Source: Eledone cirrhosa
Lineage: Eukaryota
Length of the DNA: 64,000 nucleotides
NCBI GenBank assembly: GCA_964016885.1
Contig: OZ024741.1
Coordinates: 329,964,001-330,028,000, forward strand
Direction: 5' to 3'
Both the position numbers and the translations under genes were made by a program. Below, piece by piece: positions 52,031 to 64,000 of this stretch. The notes under the pieces are model-generated. The model had not been told where the DNA came from and did no database searches. It was given only the letters and a program-made list of their open reading frames with translations. Numbering within the stretch: position 1 is the stretch's first letter; each line of letters opens with the position of its first letter.

Positions 52031-53934
52031 AACAAAGTCAATCTGTAAACGCAGAAGTGGATATTTCAAAAACGTTGCAACCGGAGGAAGACAGGAAGAC
52101 GATACTTTGGTTCGTGGAAACGTTCCCTGGCAAAGAACGGGAAAAAACGAATAATACGTCATTAATAGGAGCGGTGAAAAACAATTACGCGCAAAGACAG
52201 AACTACGTTTATGGTATAAAAGAGGTCGTAGACTAATGTTCTCTTAGGTGGTTCATAGAGACGTTCTCTGGCAATGAACGAAAAAAAAAGAAGATAGTAC
52301 GTCATATGTGGGGTGTGGAGAACAATTGCACGCATAGACAAAACCACGTAAATGGTATAGCAGAAGTCGTAGACTAAAATTCTATCTAGGAGACCGAATG
52401 AATCTCCGCTTCAGAGTTAAGAACAAAGTAAATAAATACAATACAGAGGTAATAGAAATTAAATAAATACATACGCGCATACAAATACGTACATACACAA
52501 GCATACGCGAAAACACTTACCATAGGTATACAAAACTACGCACATATAAATATGTGTGTGTATGTATGCGTGTATACAAATAAATAAATAATTAAATAAA
52601 CGTATATAAATAAAATACGTATATAACAAGCGCACACACATACCTACATGTAAATACACAAACGTGAGGAGACGTAAGTCAACCAAAACATGAAGTACAC
52701 ATATACACACACCCTACATACGTACGAACCTGCATACTCGCACAGACGCAAAACTCCCGTATACACATAACCAAACCATATGTACCAGAATATATAAAAT
52801 TATACGCCATAACATATACAATCAAATATACGTACGAGAAGGTATACGTACCTTCACAAAACATACAGGTAATATATACTTACCTATGCAAATAAGTAAT
52901 GGTATAAACAAAACATATACTTAGCTACCACATCAAGACGTAAAATATCCACGTATAGATCGCATTATCCGTCAGGGTATAACGTGGGGCTGTAATACAG
53001 GAAAGTTTTGTGCAATTTATGTTTACAAGCCGAAATTGCCTCAGATTTTTTGTTTAAGATGTGGTCTGTGGCATAGAGTATTTCCAGGGCCTCAGCGGCG
53101 CAGAGGTCACATGATCTTTTATTACCGTTATACGATCTAGCCCTAGCTAGGATCTCCCAGTGTAACTTATATTGGGTGTGGTTGTCTTTTAGACTCCAGA
53201 TATAATCTGAAAGTGACGTCATATTCCTTCTTAGAGGGTAACGAAAAGAATGGGTATGCATGTAAAGACGCTGCTTGAATCTATTGGCGGTTAACCCTAT
53301 GTAGGCCCTACGGGACGTGGGTGTTTCAACCTTACATTTGTAGACAATGTTACTAGAGAGGCATTTCCCGGAAAGGGGGCAATCAACCCAATTCCTACAA
53401 TTACAGTTAGTACTAACTACAGGGTTGCACGTGTTCCTACAGCTAGGTAGTTAAGCTAAATTTGAAGCTGTGATGTTATGTGCAAGGTTAGGAGTCGTAG
53501 AGTAAGAAATTTTAATAGTATTTCTATTAAAAATGTTACTATATTTATGAGTAGGGGGGAAAATGCTTCGTAATAAGGGAAAGAAAGATCTTAGCTAATG
53601 GTGTGGCCACCTCCATATTATATGGTGGGTTATACCAACAAATGCGACGGGATCTATTTCTTCTAGGTCTATTTTCGTACTCTGTATATGCTACCTTATC
53701 GACAAATCCACTCCGAGCAAGAGCTTCATTGTAATAAGTGAAGTGGTCGTTGAAAATATGCTCGTTAGTAGATAGACGGGAAAGCCTCAACGAAACGTTT
53801 CTTACCAGGTTCTTGGTTATGCTGGCAGGATGGTTGGAATGCTTACTTATGTAATTAAGCGTATCATTCGGCTTTCTATACGGGTAATACAACCCTTTCA
53901 ATAAATTGAGGTTAACGTCGAGGTAATTAACGTT

Positions 53935-53985
53935 AGTTTCAGAAGATCCCGTTAAGGGTGAAAACAGCGATTCTTTGCTTAAACT
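53935..53985 (+). ncRNA. Hammerhead-like ribozyme, variant core CAGAAGA (inverted pLTR copy)
   Basis: Same fold, with one stem III substitution (GCA>ACA). Confidence 0.5.
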
Positions 53986-54096
53986 TTAATCTGTTATATT
54001 AATAAATATTTGCTCTACGGTTCTTATATATTTGATATATATTTATCCTTATCGAGCCCTCTTTGGATTTTAATCTTCAAATTTATTATTATTACT

Positions 54097-54136
<40 letters not shown>

Positions 54137-54139
54137 TTT

Positions 54140-54245
54140 ACATAATTAAAATTATTTAAATTATATAAAAGTTATTTTTAAGTGAATATGATTTTTTTAA
54201 TATATTTTGAAGTGAACGTGACCCAACGGGTACACGGGTGATCTA

Positions 54246-54246
<1 letters not shown>
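54140..54246 (+). mobile_element. Helitron 3' terminus
   Basis: Hairpin cgtgaccc-aac-gggtacacg followed by CTAG|T. Confidence 0.6.
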
Positions 54247-54320
<74 letters not shown>

Positions 54321-54360
54321 TACAAATATTAATAAAATAGATGTTCTTTTGATCAATTAC

Positions 54361-54413
54361 ATTTTATTATACATATTTCGGAGGTACAACAGTACATCCT
54401 CATCAGACAAAAT
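54361..54413 (-). ncRNA. Type I hammerhead ribozyme
   Basis: AUUUUGU-CUGAUGA-GGAUGUAC uguu GUACCUCC-GAAA-UAUGUA-UA-AUAAAAU. Confidence 0.82.
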
Positions 54414-54545
54414 ATAATGATATATGACATACCCTGAGATGTTAAATGGTTAAGATTTAATCGAGGTAGTCTACTGTAAAACTCTAGTCTATTTAATCAA
54501 GGTAAAACTCATTCTCTGATATACTCATTGAATCTTGTTTAACTC

Positions 54546-54599
<54 letters not shown>

Positions 54600-54890
54600 A
54601 AATGAAGTAATTCCGTCGGAAAAGTCCAGGAAAAAAGAGTGCTCTATGTAGGTAACAGAGCTTAATAGTTATGTAATAAACAACATAAGGCAATTATTTC
54701 ATTTACCAGTGGTTTCTTAAAAGCAAAAAAAAATTTGCTTTCAATCATCAGAACGAAAAAATCCTGGTGTATTTATTGACGTTGGATTTTAAAATCAAAA
54801 ATGCAATCTATATGAAAGTGAGGCAGGAAAAGGAAAAATAAAATAAAAACACACATGCAAACACACACACACACACACAATTATATACAT

Positions 54891-54947
<57 letters not shown>

Positions 54948-55081
54948 TACATACACACATACATACACACACACATATATACACACACACACGTGTATAT
55001 ATATACATACACATACATATACACATACATACACACATAAAAATATCAACATATGCATACATACACATACATATATACAAC

Positions 55082-55130
<49 letters not shown>

Positions 55131-55400
55131 ACATACACATATACATACACATACATACATACACACAATCATACGTATATACACACGTACATACATACAC
55201 ATACATACACACATATATACACGCATACATACGAATGCACAAAAATAGAAATATATACACACACACATACATACATAACCATACAAATATACACATACAT
55301 AAACATACATATCACAAACACGTACATACAAATACAAACACACACATATATATGTGTGTAAAACTCATTCTTAGATAATTCATATGAACCTTATTTAACT

Positions 55401-55462
<62 letters not shown>

Positions 55463-55948
55463 CATACACACATACACACATACATACATACATACATACA
55501 TACATACTCACATACACATATATACCTACACACACATATATACATACACATACGTATGCATACGTATATACACACACACACATACACACACATATACATA
55601 TATAACTCAATATATATATATACATATATATATATGAGAAAGAACATAATTATTATATATATATATATAAAAAATAAATATTGTATATATAAAAAATATT
55701 GTATATATAAAAATAAAAATGAAAATAAAAAGTTGGGAATACGACAAATAATAAATAAAAAAATATATATTTAGAAAAGGGTATAAATGCTTATAGCAGA
55801 TTTAGAGCACTCAACAAATTCCTGGAGCAAAATATGTAATGATGCATATACATACACCCTTATACATATATACATATCCACATATATATACATACACACA
55901 CACAAAAAAACACAACCACAGAAATACACACACACACACATACAATTA

Positions 55949-56040
<92 letters not shown>

Positions 56041-57015
56041 TAGGAAAAAGTCTGACCCCACGGTAGAGCTCAAGCCTTTACTGAGGCTATTATATATACA
56101 CACACAAAACCATTAAATAAAAAAATACATATACACGCACAAATATACACACACATTAAATCTATATATACACACATACATACATACACATATATACATA
56201 CATATATATATATAAAGAATTAGTATATCTACCAACATATGTATACAGATGCATACCTATGCTAGCAAATATGTTTTATATACACTCATATATACACACA
56301 TACATACATACATATAAATATATACACACACGCGCACAAATACAACAGAAATATATCATATATACGATTATATATACATATACATACAGATAGATATAAA
56401 CATACATACACACATATATACATACACATATACACATACACACACATATACATACACATATATATATATACATACATATATACACATATACATACATATA
56501 CGCAACACAAAAAAAATTAATAACTAAAAATAAAAAAAAATTTGGTATGTGAAGGGTAAGGCAAAAAAATAGGGGGGGAAAATGAGGGGGGAAATAAATG
56601 ACATAGGAAAAGGTTTAAATATAAGGGGAGATAAGGGAAAAAGAGAATACAAGAGTACAGAACGTGGATTCAGCAGGTAAAAAAAACCGTAGTGGAAGTA
56701 AAGAGCAGGAAAGGAGTTCAAGGTGGTTGAGTTATCATAGGAATGTCAATCCAGTTACAAATCAGATGTGATTTCAGATGAGGACAACATCTGAAGATCT
56801 CGGTCTTTGAGTTCAGGCAAGCAGAAGTGGCTTTCAAGTTTAGCAAAATCCTATATTTTTCTGTGGTACACAAAGAACAATTCTTTGTGCCCCTTTGGTA
56901 CTCCCTCGAATGGTCTAAAATAGACCAATCGATAGAGTACGGGATGTTTTTATCCTTGAATTCCCACACTTTACTTGCGAGGGCCGCTGTTGTTCGTTTA
57001 TCGGAGTGCTTAAAA
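54600..57015 (-). mobile_element. Penelope-like element 3' end with about 2 kb of microsatellite-rich 3' region
   Basis: GIY-YIG C-terminus WEFKD..IDWSIL..CSLCTTEK..LNSKTEI..CPH at 56718-57010; hammerhead at the distal end. Confidence 0.75.
54697..54758 (-). ncRNA. Type I hammerhead ribozyme
   Basis: UUUCGUU-CUGAUGA-UUGAAAGCAAA uuuuu UUUGCUUUUAA-GAAA-CCACUGG-UA-AAUGAAA. Confidence 0.85.
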
Positions 57016-57494
57016 TGTATGTATATGTATATATAATCGTATATATTATATATTTCTGTTGTATTTGTGCGCGTGTGTGTATATATTTATATGTATGTAT
57101 GTATGTGTGTATATATGAGTGTATATATATATATATATATATATATATGCGTAATTGTATGTGTGTGTGTATTTCTGTGTTTGTGTGTGTATGTATATAT
57201 ATGTGTATATGTGTGTGGATATGTATATATGTATAAGGGTGTATGTAAATGCATCATTACATATTTTGCTTCAGGAACTTGTTGAGTGCTCTAAATCTGT
57301 TATAAGCATTTATACCCTTTTCTAAATATATATTTTTTAATTTATTATTTGTCGTATTCCCAACTTTTTATTTTCATTTTCATTTTTATTTTTATATATA
57401 CAATATTTTTTATATATACAATATTTATTTTTTATATATATATATATATATATAATAATTATGTTCTTTCTCATATATATATATATATATATAT

Positions 57495-58459
57495 CATCAT
57501 CATCATCATCGTTTAACGTCCATATTCCACGATTGCATGGGTCTGGACGGGAGTTTTCCCACTTGAGGCAAGAGTGGTTGTCTTGCTCGCATAGGACTGT
57601 CTGGCGGGTTTTCTACGGCTGGATGCCTTTCCTAACACCAACCACATTTACAGTGTGGAACTGGGAGGTTTTTACCGTGTTACCTACACGGCCACATTAC
57701 AGCGTGGACTGTGTGTTTTTTTGTCGTGACACCTACACGACCTCATTTGTTTCGGGCTGGATGTTGTGGCACCAACATAACTTTACATTGAAAGGGGTGG
57801 TGTGGATGGGGTGTGGGTAGTGGGACGGGGGTGTATTTTGTTAGAGGTGCCTACTGACTGTAGTAGGTTTCACTTTGTACTTAGGTAAGGCGGGTCTTCT
57901 TTATTACTGTGTAGCGCCAAAGCTCTCGGTCCAGTGACATTGTCTTGGAGAGGTGTAAGTGTGTGAGGTCGGAATTTATCAAGTCGTCCCAGGTTTTTCT
58001 GGATCTGCCTACTCCGTGGCTACCGTCTATTTTTATTGCCCTGCACTTTTTTTATACAGCTGTCGTCTTTCATGCGCATCACGTGACCATACCAACGTAG
58101 TCTTCTCTCGAGTAAACAACATCTGATCCCTCTTATTTCTAATTTCTCCCTTAGTACGTTTATGCTTTGCCGTTCACGTATATTACTATTACACATCCAG
58201 CGGAGCATGCAAGCTTCATTTCTCTCCAGTCTGCGTATATCCTCTGCACACAATACCCAGGTCTCACTGCCATGTAACATTGCTGTTCGTATGCAGGCAT
58301 CATACAGTCTGCCTTTCATTTTTAGAGAGAACCCTTTAGCGGCCAATAGTGGTATAAGCTCTCTGAACTTTTCCATCCCGTTCTGACTCTAGCTACTGTA
58401 CTTTCAGAGCACCCTCCCCCACTGCTGATTTTATCACCCAGGTAACGGAAGCTGTCCAC

Positions 58460-58468
<9 letters not shown>
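57495..58468 (-). mobile_element. RTE LINE 3' fragment with (GAT)n tail, inserted in the right arm
   Basis: YLGD, GSETW and RRLRWYGH motifs; absent from the left arm. Confidence 0.93.
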
Positions 58469-58528
<60 letters not shown>

Positions 58529-58644
58529 AGTTATATATGTATATGTGTGTGTGTGTATGTACGTATGCATACGTATGTGTATGTATATATGTGTGTGTAG
58601 GTATATATGTGTATGTGAGTGTGTATGTATGTATGTATATATAT

Positions 58645-58911
58645 GGGACTGGCTTTGTGCAGTGCCTTTGCTCACTATAAAAGCTTCATGGCACAGGCAT
58701 TGCTTTATGTCTGGAGATCTCTCTGCACTTGTCGTCACATGGTACCATGGGCCCAGCACTATGTGTCAATAATTGTCACAAGTGTAATGTTTGTACCAAA
58801 GTTTTCAAGTCGCTGGCTGGACTAAAAAGTCACACTCGTTCAGCGCATCGGTAGGAGTTCTCCTACATGGATATAAAGTAGTGGCCATACTCGAAAACGA
58901 GTTGGCAGCCA

Positions 58912-58913
<2 letters not shown>
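58645..58913 (+). mobile_element. RTE-BovB-like LINE extreme 3' end (C2H2 finger) followed by (TA)n
   Basis: [25 protein letters not shown]; resembles the 31565-32212 family. Confidence 0.65.
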
Positions 58914-58999
<86 letters not shown>

Positions 59000-59117
59000 G
59001 GTTTATATGAATTATCTAAGAATGAGTTTTACACACACATATATATGTGTTTGTATTTGTATGTATGTGTTTGTGATATGTATGTATATGTATGTGTATG
59101 TTTGTATGGTTATGTAT

Positions 59118-59206
<89 letters not shown>

Positions 59207-59484
59207 TGTATATGTATGTATGTGTGTGTATATATATATATGTATGTATGTGTGTGTATATATATATATATGTGTGTGTATATATATATATATGTGTGTG
59301 TATATATATATATGTATGTATGTGTGTGTATATATATATATGTATGTATGTGTGTGTATATATATATATATGTATGTATGTGTGTGTATATATATATATG
59401 TATGTATGTGTGTGTATATATATATATATATGTATGTGTGTGTATATATATATATATATGTATGTATGTGTGTATATATATATA

Positions 59485-59543
<59 letters not shown>

Positions 59544-60007
59544 ATATTTGTATATGTGTGTCAAAATCTAGCTGTCGTCTGTTCTACAGCGTAGATGTAA
59601 TTCACTTCGCGCAGAAGTTTTGTTCAAATTTATTGCGGAAATTTTGTAAGTTCAATTTTAATTTTGATACTATTGTGTAGCTTGACCCCCCGTCTGAACT
59701 GTCAGGCGGTGGGTCAGCTCATCTTTGCCCCTCCCGGGGGTGAAAAGCCTGTTTTTAAAAATTTTGTGGCATAAAAAATTTAAATCGTCTGACAGAAATG
59801 TTAAACGAAGCTAACGAAAATAGCGGTGGGGGGACAGCGGTAAGAGTTGTAAGCTCGCACGCTTTAGTCCCCCCCCCCTTCCTTCCCAACTAACGTCATA
59901 GAGAAGGAAAGAAAAAATAAAAGAAAAACAGACGAATCTGCGGAGAAAAATGACGAAAACACAAATCTGGACATTGATTCCAACAACGAAAAAAAAAATT
60001 TGAAAAA

Positions 60008-61702
60008 TTGCATGACAATATTAATACCACAAACAAAGACACAACAAACACAAAAATAACATTTGAAAACAACATCATAACAGAAAGCAAAGCAGACGAC
60101 AAAGTCAACACCAATAATATTTCATTTGCACAAACAACAAAGAAATCTTTGACATATATACCTGAAAATATTTCAGATGTGGCACAAAGAATTACAGACG
60201 CCAGACAATACATAACTGAAGGGGAAAATGGTATTTTATCGGTAAAAATGCCTCAAGAACTCACCAAAGACATTGAAAGTCGGACGGTCGTTTTCCGCAC
60301 CATCAACAACATTTCTAAAAAACCTCAACAGCCAACACAAACAGAAATCAAAGCAGTACTTACAGAAGTACTTAATGAAACCACTTTCATAAGAAGAGAC
60401 AGACTGTATGGAAGCCTAGCGATTATTATGAAGAACGAATCGGCGGCAAAAAAATGTGCTTTGTCACCGATTCGTTCGACAAATTTTACCTTTTATCCAT
60501 CTTATATGGGTAAAAGAACTCAGCGCATATGGCTGGATGCAATGATGCCAGATGTGGACTACTGCTGGCTCATAGCTGGCTTCATCGATCCAGCGAATGA
60601 CAACGTGATTTCCATTGGGAAAACCACAGGCAATGCGTTCAGTGGAACAGGTATAGAACTTGTAGTGCAAATGAAGCCTGAACGCATCGTCCAAATACCC
60701 GACAGAATCCTATTAGAGGGCTACGGGTATATAAACATTAGCGTGGAGGGGAGAAGGCCGTCCTGTCATATCTGTGCAGGCAGAGGGCACCTGAAGGCGG
60801 CTTGTCCCCAACTCAACAAAAAGAAAACCCTGCTACCAACACCAGCTCCACCACCACCACAACAGATAAACAAACAACAAAACTCAGTCCCACCCAACCC
60901 GTCCCTCAGTAAAACTACACCACAACACAAACAGTCACAACACATTACCCAAAAACAAAATACAGTCCCACCCAACCCCTCACTCAATAAAACAACACAA
61001 CCACCGCAGCCACAACACACAACACAGTCTAACATAGTGATATCCATCTCCCCCACAAAGAAAACCAACACGGAAACATTACCAGCAAACATACCTCTTC
61101 CCTCCAACACTGAAGATAACCCAACGAATTCGGAGGAAGAAACGGAGTCCTTCAGACAGATTAAAAGGAAAAAAAGAAAACATGTGCAAAACACACAAGG
61201 CCAAACAACCCCTACCCAAATGTCAACACAATCCAACAAAACACAAAACACCCCTCCAGCAACAAACAAAACCAAACCTGCCCCTCCCCTCTTCGAAACA
61301 CTCACACCATCCGAAAAAAAGACATTACACTATACTTACATCAACAGAAACAATAATAAATTAAATGAACTCATAAACAATAATCCTTCGGTACAAACCG
61401 AAGGTGTAAACTTTGTTTCTTCAGAAAACTACCCACATTTAAAATTAATAAAGATCCCAATGAACCTCTACCAAAAACTAAAAAAGGATTTTAAGGAGGA
61501 CGTAGGACCACCCTCTGTTAAACCCATAAACTGCGTCCTACTAAAAATCTTTCCCCCTCCCCTTCCCATCCCCAACACAACTCCAAACACCCCAACCCCA
61601 CCACACACTGACGACCCCACACCACCACAAGACACCCCTTCACCCAACACCCCCGACCCCATGGAAGTCGTGCGACCCGAACCTCGGGAAGCAGAAAGGT
61701 AG
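60008..61702 (+). CDS. Tx1 ORF1 (gag-like, CCHC knuckle, Pro/Thr/Gln-rich tail); true start probably upstream
   Basis: 564-codon open frame containing CHICAGRGHLKAAC. Confidence 0.85.
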   Translation: MHDNINTTNKDTTNTKITFENNIITESKADDKVNTNNISFAQTTKKSLTYIPENISDVAQRITDARQYITEGENGILSVKMPQELTKDIESRTVVFRTINNISKKPQQPTQTEIKAVLTEVLNETTFIRRDRLYGSLAIIMKNESAAKKCALSPIRSTNFTFYPSYMGKRTQRIWLDAMMPDVDYCWLIAGFIDPANDNVISIGKTTGNAFSGTGIELVVQMKPERIVQIPDRILLEGYGYINISVEGRRPSCHICAGRGHLKAACPQLNKKKTLLPTPAPPPPQQINKQQNSVPPNPSLSKTTPQHKQSQHITQKQNTVPPNPSLNKTTQPPQPQHTTQSNIVISISPTKKTNTETLPANIPLPSNTEDNPTNSEEETESFRQIKRKKRKHVQNTQGQTTPTQMSTQSNKTQNTPPATNKTKPAPPLFETLTPSEKKTLHYTYINRNNNKLNELINNNPSVQTEGVNFVSSENYPHLKLIKIPMNLYQKLKKDFKEDVGPPSVKPINCVLLKIFPPPLPIPNTTPNTPTPPHTDDPTPPQDTPSPNTPDPMEVVRPEPREAER

Positions 61703-61735
61703 GTCTCTACACTCTCCTTTGGCTTTGCCGCCCAC

Positions 61736-64000
61736 ATGGATGTGTTAAGAGTAGGATGTTTGAATGCATGTGGCCTGGGCTCAACTTGGAAGCAAGCAAA
61801 GCTTCTAAATGACCTCAGGTCACGTGGTATAAATGTAATGGTTATCTGTGAGACTCAGATCAGCGTCGTGCGGCAGCTGGCCCCTACCTTCGATGACTTT
61901 GAGGTGCATGCATCTCCCTGTCAACCTGGAGGTGGGGGTGGGGTTGTCGTACTGCTGGAAAAACACCTGGGTCTCGCCGTACAGGTTGTTCACTCGGACC
62001 CGGGGGGGGGGGGGGTCGTTTGTTGGTGCTAGACGTTGGCAGTAGTGAATGTGCGGCCTTGAGACTGGTCACCGTCTACTCCCCTTTCGGAGCTGAACGG
62101 CCCGACTTCTTCCAGCGTTTGGAGACTTTTCTGGGAACGTCGCGTTCCCTGCTTCTAGCGGGGGATTGGAATGACATCCTAGATGCACGTTGGGACTATG
62201 CAGGAGCATGTCCTAATAGAGAGGGGTGTAACAGCCTCAAGGGGTTACTCGACCGTTTTAACTTGGTCGATAGATATCGACTAGATTTTCCAACTGTGCC
62301 AACCTGGACTTGGACGAACCATAGTGGTCAATCTAGATCGTACCTAGATAGATTCTTAGTTAGAAGTAAGGATAGGGACATATTAAGCTGTCCAGAAATG
62401 CTCACGGTTGGCTATACGGATCACAAATTAGTGACCTGCGTAGTCAATCTCGAGAAAACACATAAACAGGGGTTACTGGAAACTTAATTTGTCTTTACCG
62501 GCAAAAGAGACTTACAGAAACCGGATTAGCAGATTAGTTAAGGAGAGGTTGACGGGTGCAATCGCCAACAACCGATGGTGGGCATCTCTCAAAAGAGAGA
62601 TTAGAACAGAATCAATAAGTTATAGCAAGATGTTAGCTGCCGATAGGAATAGAAACGAGAAAGAATTAACAGGTAAATTAGAAGAGGCAATCAAGAGCGA
62701 AGATGTGGCCAGAGTGCTGGCATCGAGGACGGCCTTGAACCAGTTTTTCGATGCAAAACACGAAGGCTGCGTCATTCGAAGTAAAATACGTGCTCTAGGT
62801 AATGAGGGGGCCAAAGCTGTTGGCTGGGCCCGCGTGACAGAAGCTAAGAGTGGAAATCGATCCACCATCCGGTCTTTGCAAGACGAGGATGGACGGGTGA
62901 TCCGGGAGCCTAAGCAGATGTGCGAGGCCTTTCAAAGGCACTTTGCCCGATTATTCGGGGGAGGCGAGGGTCCGGGCGGGGACGTGGATTTCGGTCCATA
63001 CCTCGACGGCCTGCCACGTCTCTCGAGCGAAGAGGCAGAGTCCTGCGAGGGACCAATCTCGGTTGATGAGATCGGGGATGCGCTGAGCCAATGCAGTAGA
63101 CGCAAATCTCCAGGTCTCGATGGTATACCTTACGAACTTTATTTAGCAATGCCGGTCTTCTTCTCCGAACTCCTCGAAGCGGTCTACTGCAATTGGCAGC
63201 AGAACGGGAGAATTCCTTGTTCTGTAGCCAAGGGCGTAGTCTCGCTGGTAAGGAAGGACGAGAACAAGGAGGATAGTATAAATAATTTTCGGCCCATAAC
63301 CCTGCTAAACACAGAGTTAAAGATTTTGGCCAAGGTGTTAGCAAAGAGGTTGGCGCTTGTCGTGGGTGGCTTGGTGGGAGATGCGCAGACATGTGCTATC
63401 CCATCCAGGTCCATTCACGATAACCTCCACCTCATGCGATACATCATAGAATGGGTTGACAACAAACCCGGCTTCGGTGGGGCCCTGATCAACTTGGATC
63501 AGTCTAAGGCCTTCGATAGGGTCGACCATGGTTACCTGGATGCGGTGCTAGCGACGGCTGGGTTCGGTCCTGTTTTCAGAGGCTGGATCACTGCCTTACA
63601 TAGCAACCACATCTGTTCTAGGGTCAAGGTGAACGGCTACCTTTCGAAGCCGTTCGAAATCACACCATCCATTCGACAGGGGTGCCCTCTCTTCTCCCTT
63701 CTGTACGTATTGACTCTCGAGCCTTTACTGAGGAAGTTGGAGTTGTTGCAGGGTATCCCCCTGGAACCAGGATTGAACAAAGCGGTGTCGGCCTACGCCG
63801 ATGACGTAACAGTAATGGTATCGACCGACTCGGAGATCGAGGCGATCGGTACCTTACTGGAGGATTACGAAAGGTTGTCAGGAGCGAAACTGAACCGGGA
63901 AAAATCCATCGGGCTGCAACTCGGAACGTGGAGAGGCAGACCGATGCCTCCCAACGGTGTCGTCGGACACTGGACGGAGGGCCCGGTGAAGTTGCTTGGG
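61736..64000 (+). pseudogene. Tx1 ORF2 (APE endonuclease and RT), frameshifts near 62002-62016 (poly-G) and about 62470
   Basis: VGCLNACGL, GDWN, SYLDRF, TDH, KSPGLDG, RPITLLN, DQSKAFD, IRQGCPLS and AYADD motifs. Confidence 0.9.

Larger units (their letters stand above)
51960..54095 (-). mobile_element. 5'-truncated Penelope-like element with an inverted pLTR at its 5' junction (53932-54095)
   Basis: NYLDV, PYRKPN..SNHP, WYNPPY, CNCR..CPLSGKC..NIVYKC, YIGLT and CDLC motifs; about 1 kb of 3' UTR. Confidence 0.95.
55255..59125. repeat. Microsatellite-rich inverted repeat; arms about 55255-56400 and 57015-59125
   Basis: Unique anchors pair: 55640-55950 with 57150-57475, 56280-56390 with 57018-57125, and 55270-55395 with 58995-59120. 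Confidence 0.9.
59562..64000 (+). mobile_element. Tx1/L1-clade non-LTR retrotransposon, 5' end apparently present, running off the window
   Basis: Two-ORF layout: zinc-knuckle ORF1 and APE-RT ORF2. Confidence 0.93.

Overview
Eukaryotic, AT- and microsatellite-rich DNA, most likely from a coleoid cephalopod (Octopus-like). That assignment is inferred from the RTE LINEs with (GAT)n tails, the Nin/CORE SINEs, the (TA/CA)n density and a mollusc-type gene. Most of the window is nested transposon debris: RTE LINEs, Penelope-like elements (PLEs), Gypsy LTR elements, a CRE-like LINE, a young Tx1/L1 element, a Helitron, a Merlin DNA transposon and SINEs. The ORF track misses two main things. (1) A five-exon + strand host gene (CDS 6227-32884, about 380 aa) encoding a signal peptide, two PAN/Apple-like cysteine modules, a Ser/Thr stalk, a mollusc-type juxtamembrane motif and a TM helix. 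All splice phases are consistent, but a skippable exon 3 carries an in-frame TGA. (2) At least nine canonical-core type I hammerhead ribozyme folds, five of them within 1.5 kb at 49.35-50.84 kb, plus three copies of a variant with a CAGAAGA core; most can be tied to PLE termini. The window also holds several kb-scale inverted repeats, whose paired arms provide empty-site evidence for a solo LTR and a Helitron insertion. Everything was read by eye, so TE boundaries are approximate unless a TSD or terminus is cited.
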